IMG/VR virus record: IMGVR_UViG_3300023184_000322
Coordinates: 1 to 34,830 of that record
Direction: 5' to 3' (one strand)
DNA from: a virus
Lineage: Duplodnaviria; Caudoviricetes
Length of the DNA stretch: 34,830 nt
Shown: in pieces, positions 27,843 through 34,248 of the stretch
Position numbering within the stretch: the stretch's first letter is position 1
How the letters are laid out: each line of letters starts with the position of its first letter
Made by a program: the position numbers and the translations under genes
Notes under the pieces: generated by a model
The model's database searches: none
Told to the model about the DNA's origin: nothing
What the model saw: only the letters and a program-made list of their open reading frames with translations

Positions 27843-28022
27843 ATGAGGGTATCTGGTTTACTTGAATCTTCTGCGTTGTATAGAAAGTTTATGGAAGAAC
27901 GCGAAGAAATATTAAAACTCAAATGGATTGAAAGTGAAAAAGCTGGTCAAGATATTGGTTTTGAAAAAGCTCTGTTGAGTTGGGTTTTCAATCACAGAGA
28001 AAAATGGCGTAATAAAAATTAG
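27843..28022 (+). CDS. DUF4032-like small protein, 59 aa
   Basis: SALYRKFMEEREEILKLKWIESEKAGQDIGFEKALLSW; GTGTAAT 7 nt upstream; not in ORF track. Confidence 0.75.
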   Translation: MRVSGLLESSALYRKFMEEREEILKLKWIESEKAGQDIGFEKALLSWVFNHREKWRNKN

Positions 28023-28234
28023 TTCTTCGACCCTTTACGCTCTAGATTCGTAAAGGAAATACCCTGCTCTTTTAATTTGCCTCAGACTCTGGGCGTTGGC
28101 AGGTTCATCCTCTTATGGAGTTAGTCAGACTCGCTCGAGAAGTATTGGCATTCCGTTATATATAACCAATATCTCTATTGGAAACTTTCCAGAACTGCAA
28201 CCTTGCGGTCAATCTTCTCTGATATCGAAGAACT
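28021..28234 (-). ncRNA. Candidate ~214-nt structured non-coding RNA
   Basis: Promoter TTGCAC-16-TAAGAT (28268-28241) predicts +1 at 28234; perfect 10-bp 5'/3' closing stem; several internal hairpins; no ATG at +1. Confidence 0.7.
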
Positions 28235-28269
28235 AAAACTATCTTAACATAACTTTGTTTAAGTGCAAT

Positions 28270-28301
28270 AAAAAAGGCGAGGTTTTTACGCCTCGCCCTT
28301 T
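28270..28301 (-). terminator. Rho-independent terminator
   Basis: GGCGAGG/CCTCGCC stem followed by a T-run on the minus strand. Confidence 0.8.
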
Positions 28302-28320
28302 CTATAATGTCTTTCTGTTT

Positions 28321-28587
28321 TTAGACTGGCGAAAGACCACCAGCGATTCTATCATAGCGGAATTGCTTCACGCCAGAATCCATACGACCAGAAAAGCAGA
28401 AGCTAGTGAATAGCTTATTCCCTGCCTTGCTGATGGTATGAGAAGAAGGCTTGCCGATGATGTAAGTATAGACATCATTCTTGCCGTAGGGTTTGTATTC
28501 GATTAAATACCTTTGCCCAAAAAGGAAAAGGACGAAGTGTTTCAGATATGAGGTTAAGTATATAACTGCGTTTTTGATTTTGTTCAT
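28321..28587 (-). CDS. WYL-like small protein
   Basis: Likely start MNKIK at 28587 (TTGCAA-16-TATATT-5-ATG); IEY...C...KQFRYDRI. Confidence 0.55.
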   Translation of the reverse strand: MNKIKNAVIYLTSYLKHFVLFLFGQRYLIEYKPYGKNDVYTYIIGKPSSHTISKAGNKLFTSFCFSGRMDSGVKQFRYDRIAGGLSPV

Positions 28588-28625
28588 AGTTAAATATACC
28601 ACGCTTATGTTTTTTTGCAACAATT

Positions 28626-28701
28626 AAATCTCGTTGACCATCAACGACTTACGCGCAGAAGGGGCGCGCCTTTTGTAAGTATCTTATAGTAAGTAACTTA
28701 T
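28626..28701 (-). repeat. 76-bp element, copy 6
   Basis: AAATCTCGTTGACCATCAACGACTTAC + GCGCAGAAGGGGCGCGCCTTTT + GTAAGTATCTTATAGTAAGTAACTTAT. Confidence 0.85.
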
Positions 28702-28711
28702 AACTGTCAGA

Positions 28712-28873
28712 TTAATCTTCTTGCTCTTTCCAATTTGGATGAGCTTTAACCCATTTCTTCCAAACGACTTCTAGACCTGCGAGATGCTTTTCTATTTCTG
28801 CTATGAGTTTAGGATCTTCATCCATTAAAACTTTTTTCTCTAAAATTTTACTTATCCTATTTTCATGCTTCAT
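28712..28873 (-). CDS. Small hypothetical protein
   Basis: Likely start MKHENR at 28873. Confidence 0.5.
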   Translation of the reverse strand: MKHENRISKILEKKVLMDEDPKLIAEIEKHLAGLEVVWKKWVKAHPNWKEQED

Positions 28874-29103
28874 ATATACTATTTTACAATTATTTGTTTT
28901 GTATTTCAAGTATTTATTGTATCCTATCAGATATTTGGAAAATATTATTTTAGATGTGTAATAACTATTTTGATTAATTCTGTTATCCCGCCCCACGATA
29001 TTGATAACATCAAGCACAAAACAAAAAACTCAACGCCAAATTTATCAAAAATATTTCTCACATAAAAACTTTACATGTTATTTATTATTTAGAGAAAGTA
29101 TTT

Positions 29104-29177
29104 CGCTTCTAGCAGGAATCGAACCTGCAACTTACAGATTAGAAATCTGTTACTCTATCCAGTTGAGTTATAGAAGC
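29104..29177 (-). tRNA. tRNA-Arg(TCT)
   Basis: Cloverleaf: acceptor GCTTCTA/TAGAAGC, anticodon arm ACAGA-TTTCTAA-TCTGT, T-arm GCAGG-TTCGATT-CCTGC. Confidence 0.92.
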
Positions 29178-29186
29178 GACAAGTTT

Positions 29187-29259
29187 TCGCCTAGGTCAGA
29201 CTCGAACTGACACTTGAACGATTTTAAGTCGTTTGCCTCTGCCATTGGGCTACTAGGCG
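29187..29259 (-). tRNA. tRNA-Leu(TAA), short variable loop
   Basis: Acceptor CGCCTAG/CTAGGCG+A, AACGA-CTTAAAA-TCGTT, 5-nt variable loop, GTCAG-TTCGAGT-CTGAC. Confidence 0.85.
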
Positions 29260-29265
29260 GATTTT

Positions 29266-29652
29266 TTAGCTATCGTGGTCTAACTTTTCAGCAGAGACTT
29301 GACCAATAGAATAAAAGTCTTGAACTTGTGCAGTCTTAACGAAATGTTCCGAAGGAATATTATTAATTGTGTTCATCACACGATTCATAACAACTGCTTT
29401 CAGTCCACCTTTTGCTCCACGAAACTTTTTTCCAAGTTTATCGCTCAAACTACTCATAACATACTTAAACATCACACGCTCCAACTTCTCAAGAGTAATC
29501 CAAAAGTATGCGAAAGATTCACTCATCCATTGTAGCTCTCCGTTTGTTCCGCCCCAATTATAGACTCGATTGTGGAACTGCTCAATCTCATCTTTGTTAC
29601 CTTTGATTCCGATAACCCAATGTGCTCCGAGGTTTTGTTTCATTAGTTTCAT
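29266..29652 (-). CDS. Hypothetical protein (paralog of 22515-22934)
   Basis: YNWGGTNGEL, KGGL, YSIGQVSAEK; TTGACA-16-TAAACT-7-ATG. Confidence 0.75.
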   Translation of the reverse strand: MKLMKQNLGAHWVIGIKGNKDEIEQFHNRVYNWGGTNGELQWMSESFAYFWITLEKLERVMFKYVMSSLSDKLGKKFRGAKGGLKAVVMNRVMNTINNIPSEHFVKTAQVQDFYSIGQVSAEKLDHDS

Positions 29653-29780
29653 AGTTTATAGTTTATCCTGTTCTTGTTTTTTGTCAATACTTTTGTTGTT
29701 AAAATACCAATCTATGTCCTCTTGAGATGGCTCACAATACTTACTATAAGAATTGAGCATCCAATCCGCACAACCAGAAG

Positions 29781-29852
29781 TGGGCAAGGCTGGACTCGAA
29801 CCAGCACTAGGAGCATTATGAGTGCTCTGTTTCACCTTTAAACTACTTGCCC
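29781..29852 (-). tRNA. tRNA-CAT (Ile2-like or elongator Met)
   Basis: Acceptor GGGCAAG/CTTGCCC+A, GAGCA-CTCATAA-TGCTC, GCTGG-TTCGAGT-CCAGC; paired 1-72 and no GGG/CCC anticodon stem, so not an initiator. Confidence 0.85.
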
Positions 29853-30047
29853 CACTTTAGCAGGAAAGCTAGAAGGTTTTGGCACTTGAAAGAACTCGAC
29901 TGAAAAAGCCTTGGCGATGTTCTCCAAGTCTTTAATCGAGCAAGTCTCTTTGGGTGTGCACATACGGATTGAGGTGTTAAGGATAACGGCTCGGTCTTGA
30001 CCGAACACATTCATCACATAGAATGGAACTGATTGTTTGTTTGTCAT
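29838..30047 (-). CDS. Small hypothetical protein
   Basis: Likely start MTNKQ at 30047 (TTGACT-16-TATATT-6-ATG); the last 15 nt overlap the tRNA-CAT. Confidence 0.6.
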   Translation of the reverse strand: MTNKQSVPFYVMNVFGQDRAVILNTSIRMCTPKETCSIKDLENIAKAFSVEFFQVPKPSSFPAKVGQVV

Positions 30048-30086
30048 AGGTTTAATATACAAGAATCAGAAAAATAGTCAATAAAA

Positions 30087-30113
30087 ATAATTCGTTGAAT
30101 GACAATGAGTTAC
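30087..30113 (-). promoter_or_regulatory. Solo 27-bp box
   Basis: Minus-strand GTAACTCATTGTCATTCAACGAATTAT, 5 bp before TTGACT. Confidence 0.65.
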
Positions 30114-30114
30114 A

Positions 30115-30205
30115 TACTAGGGGCAGGATTCGAACCTGCATTTTGCCCAAATCTAGAGCGACCACATTATAAGTGTGGGGTCTTAACCAGTTAGACGACC
30201 CTAGC
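30115..30205 (-). tRNA. tRNA with TAT anticodon (Ile) and long variable arm
   Basis: Acceptor GCTAGGG/CCCTAGT+A, CCACA-CTTATAA-TGTGG, 22-nt variable region, GCAGG-TTCGAAT-CCTGC; 91 nt. Confidence 0.85.
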
Positions 30206-30244
30206 AATCAACACAGAGCCGTAGCTCAATGTCAGCCTCCGAAG

Positions 30245-30403
30245 TTATCCGCCGATTTTCTTGATGGTAACTTTCGTTCCATCAGGCCACGAGCGAATGA
30301 CTTTACGCCAAAACTCCGCTTCGTGTTCAGCATCTTCAATCTTCGTGTGCATATCTTCACTCACACGAATTCCATCTCGCAAAACGATATACTTAAGATT
30401 CAT
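30245..30403 (-). CDS. Small hypothetical protein, 52 aa
   Basis: MNLKYIVLRDGIRVSE...WPDGTKVTIKKIGG*; SD GGAGG; not in ORF track. Confidence 0.65.
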   Translation of the reverse strand: MNLKYIVLRDGIRVSEDMHTKIEDAEHEAEFWRKVIRSWPDGTKVTIKKIGG

Positions 30404-30629
30404 TTTCTACCTCCAATGCTACTGCATTATCAAACATAGAGCCACCATCTACTGCATCACAAATCACGATGTCATTACTGCCATCGTCACCAGCATATAC
30501 AGCTCGTAGTTTTTTTGTCTGACTATACTCTTTCTTTGTCCATTGACTCTCTGGAACGCCGAGGACTTGCAGAGCCTCAACTCTCTCTGGAGGGATTGCC
30601 TCACCACTTACAGCACATTTATATGTCAT
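30393..30629 (-). CDS. Protein with degenerate DksA/TraR-like finger
   Basis: Start MTYKC at 30629 (TTGACA-16-TATCAT-6-ATG); CAVSGEAIPPERVEAL. Confidence 0.55.
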   Translation of the reverse strand: MTYKCAVSGEAIPPERVEALQVLGVPESQWTKKEYSQTKKLRAVYAGDDGSNDIVICDAVDGGSMFDNAVALEVENES

Positions 30630-30633
30630 TGTG

Positions 30634-31020
30634 TTATGATACCACAAGTTCTGTTTTTGTCAAATCAATTTTGCGAGGACGGCCACGACCACGCTTCTCG
30701 CCATTAGGCATAGTTGCTGTGGCAACATAAGCTGATAGTTTTTCTTTTAGTTGAACGAATCGCTTGTCTGCATCTTCACGGCTGATACAAGTATAAGCCC
30801 AATCGCCCCATTGACTATCGCTAGGATACATTTCAGCAGGAGGCATCTTGACACCTGCAATCTCATATCCATTGTGACGCTTAATAGCAATCACTTCATA
30901 GTTAAAAGCTTCGCTGTCAGCTTCATCGAGTTTCTTTTTATAGATTGCAACATCACCATCACGCCCAACCATTGTGAACTTAAAGCCTCGACTGGTAAAT
31001 GTTTCTTCAAGAATTTTCAA
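30634..31020 (-). CDS. Hypothetical protein with C-terminal AT-hook
   Basis: TTG start with AAGGAG; KRGRGRPRK. Confidence 0.65.
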   Translation of the reverse strand: MKILEETFTSRGFKFTMVGRDGDVAIYKKKLDEADSEAFNYEVIAIKRHNGYEIAGVKMPPAEMYPSDSQWGDWAYTCISREDADKRFVQLKEKLSAYVATATMPNGEKRGRGRPRKIDLTKTELVVS

Positions 31021-31162
31021 TTTTTACTCCTTTAGGAAGCCACGCTTCTAAAGTCAGATTTTCTCCAATATATCCAACTTGGGTTTCAGTTTTAGTTTTA
31101 GGGTCAACTCCGTATAGTGCATAGCCACCCTCCTTTAGTTTTTTAGCTTTAGTGATTTCCAT
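31007..31162 (-). CDS. Small hypothetical protein, 51 aa
   Basis: MEITKAKKLKEGGYALYG...; TTGAAT-16-TAGAAT-6-ATG. Confidence 0.65.
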   Translation of the reverse strand: MEITKAKKLKEGGYALYGVDPKTKTETQVGYIGENLTLEAWLPKGVKIENS

Positions 31163-31187
31163 TAGATAATTCTACTATACTTTTGTT

Positions 31188-31529
31188 TTAATTCAAGACA
31201 AAAATATCACGATTAATAACACCAACCCACTTTGCTTTATATACTGGCTCTAGGGTGTCTGAATAAACAAAGCTATTAAATTTATAAGGATTATAGGTTA
31301 CTTTTCTTTCATTTTGATCAATAGGCCAGCCATCATCTGGTGTGCCACAAACAAAAGCGTGAACATTCTTTCTCTTCTCACGCAACACACGATCTCGCCC
31401 TGCTTGACTCACTCTAAACTCTACATCACGCAAAAAGAATTCTGAACTATGCTCTAATACTTTTCCTCTAAGCATAATAGAAAGACAATGTTTATGTAAA
31501 TTATAATATACTTTATGTTTTGCTTTCAT
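31188..31529 (-). CDS. Phage hypothetical protein
   Basis: VYYNLHK, GRDRVLREKRKNVHAFV, TYNPYK; leaderless promoter TTGACA-16-TATAGT. Confidence 0.7.
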   Translation of the reverse strand: MKAKHKVYYNLHKHCLSIMLRGKVLEHSSEFFLRDVEFRVSQAGRDRVLREKRKNVHAFVCGTPDDGWPIDQNERKVTYNPYKFNSFVYSDTLEPVYKAKWVGVINRDIFVLN

Positions 31530-31568
31530 CTTATAACTATAATATAAATTTGTTTTTTGTCAAGATAT

Positions 31569-31644
31569 GTAAGTGTTTAACTATCATAGGTTTACAGCGC
31601 GAAGGGGGTGGGCGCGCGTAAGTACTTGATAGTCAACAACTTAT
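31569..31644 (-). repeat. 76-bp element, copy 7
   Basis: GTAAGTGTTTAACTATCATAGGTTTAC + AGCGCGAAGGGGGTGGGCGCGC + GTAAGTACTTGATAGTCAACAACTTAT. Confidence 0.88.
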
Positions 31645-31654
31645 GCATGTCAAT

Positions 31655-31695
31655 AAAAAAGCAAAAAGAAGCGGAGGGTTTTGCCCTCCGCCTCT
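31655..31695 (-). terminator. Rho-independent terminator
   Basis: GCGGAGGG/CCCTCCGC stem then TTCTTTTT on the minus strand. Confidence 0.8.
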
Positions 31696-31714
31696 GTTAA
31701 AGTTTCGTTTTAGT

Positions 31715-32575
31715 TTAGGCTACGAGTTGCAAAAGCTCTTCGTCACGGGTTTTACCGCTGAAGATTTTAAGCAAGTCTTCGTTGATGCCTTGGCTATACT
31801 CATAACGCTCGTTTGAAACATTGCGAGTAAGATACTGCGTTGTTGCATTATAGAGGTTATAGAGATTGCGAGGCTTGTCATCCTCAAACTCAGGATTCAA
31901 CCAGACCGCTTCGATGCCTTGACGCACCTTGCGACTGATAACCTTCTTTTCCTGAAGTTTAGACAGAAGAGAGATTCCCTTTTCATCAGAGAATGCTTTT
32001 TCTGCTAAACGATTGAAGATATGAGCCGATACGTCCATGTTATCTACAGCACGAGCTAGCGCATCAGCAACGAAGTCCAGATTAATCGCAAGCGTATGAC
32101 GCTTGGTCATGTTGAACTCTTTTGAGAGCGATACCATGCCATTCTCGCAAACAAGACGCATAAAGCCAAGAGACAATGAAACACGGCAACTGCGGTCATA
32201 ACTGTTGTTGACAGTAAGACGCAAGCCGAGAATATCACCCTTAGCTCTCTGACCAACAGGTTTCAATTCGGTTTTGAAATCTGGGAAATCATAACGCCCG
32301 TAAAAACGTGCGCCATCTTTTACCACAAACTTCTTACTCTCATACTTCTTGAGAAGAGGATGATTATTCAAGTTAGTTTCCACCATCTCAATAAGGTCTG
32401 CATTCTTCACTACTCCATACTGTTCGGTGCAGGTTCCGAGCAGAATAGGATTGTCAGGAGTATCACGGCGCATCATGCCGAGAGCTCCAACGTTATGTCC
32501 GTCTTTTGTGAACAGAGGCTCTTGATGCACATCGAAATTAACGATGTCAGAGCTTGGTTTGGTTTTTCTAGCCAT
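31715..32575 (-). CDS. DUF932/DUF945-family protein
   Basis: Y.VVKN, NNSYDRS, RLVCENG, KRHT, NLYNLYNATT motifs. Confidence 0.8.
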   Translation of the reverse strand: MARKTKPSSDIVNFDVHQEPLFTKDGHNVGALGMMRRDTPDNPILLGTCTEQYGVVKNADLIEMVETNLNNHPLLKKYESKKFVVKDGARFYGRYDFPDFKTELKPVGQRAKGDILGLRLTVNNSYDRSCRVSLSLGFMRLVCENGMVSLSKEFNMTKRHTLAINLDFVADALARAVDNMDVSAHIFNRLAEKAFSDEKGISLLSKLQEKKVISRKVRQGIEAVWLNPEFEDDKPRNLYNLYNATTQYLTRNVSNERYEYSQGINEDLLKIFSGKTRDEELLQLVA

Positions 32576-32682
32576 ATGTTAATCATACCATACTTTTATA
32601 CTTTGACAAGAACTTTTTTCGTGTTATAAGATAGTGATGTTTAAATACTTGCTAATCCTGTGAAAGTTTTTTTACGATTGCT

Positions 32683-32758
32683 GTAAGTGCTTATCCATCA
32701 ACGACTTGCGCGCGGGGGTCGGGGCCCCAACGTAAACCCCTAATAATCAATTACTTAC
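32683..32758 (-). repeat. 76-bp element, copy 8
   Basis: GTAAGTGCTTATCCATCAACGACTTGC + GCGCGGGGGTCGGGGCCCCAAC + GTAAACCCCTAATAATCAATTACTTAC. Confidence 0.88.
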
Positions 32759-33211
32759 TTAAATCAAACTAAATTTAAAATCACTCTTTCTATACTCTCT
32801 TACTTTCCTTTTAGCATATAAACTAGCATCTACTTCACATAATTTAGCTCTTGTACCCATGTTATATTTTCTTATCTTTTTAATACCATGAAAGAACTTA
32901 TTCTTTTTATATTGATATAAGTGTCTTAATTCATGAGCAATTAATTCAATTAAACCTTCTTCCCAGCTATATGTTTCTACATTAAGATAACCTTTTCTTC
33001 CACCAGTATTATAAGGTCTAAGATACTTGCCATACTTGGGAACTCCAATATGTACCCTCATGCTACCCCAAGCCCTGCCATGCCAATTTAATTTAGTATT
33101 ACCAAAATCTATTTTACGGATGTCTTTAAGGAATACCCCATCTGGCATACACCATTTAATAATTTCTTTTAGTTTATCTGAACAATAAGAGGTGCTATTG
33201 ATTAACTTCAT
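32759..33211 (-). CDS. Zincin-like (HExxH) metallopeptidase
   Basis: LIAHELRHLYQ...CEVDA; TTGACA-16-TATTAT-6-ATG. Confidence 0.75.
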   Translation of the reverse strand: MKLINSTSYCSDKLKEIIKWCMPDGVFLKDIRKIDFGNTKLNWHGRAWGSMRVHIGVPKYGKYLRPYNTGGRKGYLNVETYSWEEGLIELIAHELRHLYQYKKNKFFHGIKKIRKYNMGTRAKLCEVDASLYAKRKVREYRKSDFKFSLI

Positions 33212-33829
33212 CTACCCATAATATGGTAAATTAAAATTATGTCAATATATAACTCATGTCTCAATTTCTTTGTTTCTTATACATGTCTTATAGTTCATGT
33301 TACAATTTACTCATTTTATATATATGTTATACCCCTGCCGTTTTTGGAATCCTTTTCCAGAATCATGGGTACTAAACTTTAATAACGGCTTTTCTTATTA
33401 AAGGTTATTTGTTATTTAATTTTTTCTTATTTAGCTATTAAGATATCCTTAAGTACTGAGGTTATTTACCGATCAGTATTTATTTAACTATAATTAGATT
33501 ATTTAAGCTAATATGTCCCGATTGGGATATATGTCTAGTAATCGTCCTATATGACTATTACGAGGAATGTATCTACTATTTAATCAATCATCATTTATCA
33601 TATCAGTTAATAATATCAAAGGAAATAATAAAAAAAATAAAACTATATTAACTAGACTCTTTAGTATCTTCACTATCTCTTATTACACTCCTAATAAGTA
33701 GCAATTCATCAAATGATATTACAGGTTTTTCCTCTAGTATTTCAATACAAAATAATTTATTCATTGTAGCTAAAGTATATATAAACAGCAAAAACAATAC
33801 TTAATATAATAGCGAAAAATAAAGTAGCA

Positions 33830-33985
33830 TTACTCATTAATCCACTCCAATAGGTTTTCTAGTTCATTAATTACGCTATTTAGTTCATGCACAACATCTT
33901 GGTTATTGTCGTGATCAATTTGCAGACCTTTATATTCCTCAATCCTATCACTGATTTCTTTGACAATTTGCGACCTAAGCTTCAT
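33830..33985 (-). CDS. Small acidic helical protein
   Basis: Likely start MKLRSQ at 33985, overlapping the upstream stop region. Confidence 0.55.
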   Translation of the reverse strand: MKLRSQIVKEISDRIEEYKGLQIDHDNNQDVVHELNSVINELENLLEWINE

Positions 33986-34211
33986 CTTCGTCCTCCTCTT
34001 CTTCCTCAACATCAATAGCTTCGAAGTTATAATCAACCTCATCCCAATCGAGCATAAAGCCATTAGCATCAGTGCAATTCTCAGCCATCTCTGTTGCCTT
34101 ATCAACCGCTTCCTCGTCTGATGTGGCCTCCACCTCGATGTCCACTTCTGCGATTTGGTTGCGTTGCATACGAATCGTGAATTTCTTTAGGGGTTTTTCG
34201 GTGTTGTTCAT
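33975..34211 (-). CDS. Highly acidic small protein (DpnD/PcfM-like pattern)
   Basis: VDIEVEATSDEEAVDKA, poly-acidic tail; TTGACA-16-TATATT-6-ATG. Confidence 0.65.
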   Translation of the reverse strand: MNNTEKPLKKFTIRMQRNQIAEVDIEVEATSDEEAVDKATEMAENCTDANGFMLDWDEVDYNFEAIDVEEEEEDEDEA

Positions 34212-34248
34212 AGTTTTAATATACTCCTTTTATATTTATTGTCAATTA

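Noticed and set aside
28021-28234. Candidate ncRNA as tmRNA, 6S, RNase P or group I intron
   Set aside because: No tRNA-like ends or tag ORF, multibranched rather than rod-like, no GAGGAAAGUCC, and no interrupted host gene.
23535-32758. 76-bp elements as CRISPR mini-arrays (repeat-spacer-repeat)
   Set aside because: Paired boxes differ at many positions, the 22-bp cores resemble each other rather than being unique spacers, and no cas genes are present. A CRISPR-mimic role cannot be fully excluded.
23535-32758. Elements as integron attC sites, dif sites or intrinsic terminators
   Set aside because: No RYYYAAC...GTTRRRY ends, no XerD-arm TTATGTTAAAT match, and no consistent U-tract. A true terminator (31655-31695) sits beside one element, and arm mismatches are not compensatory.
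33584-33830. Tiny minus-strand ORFs (e.g. 33756-33830, 33648-33764)
   Set aside because: Plausible but under 40 aa, in very AT-rich DNA and without clear promoter or SD support.
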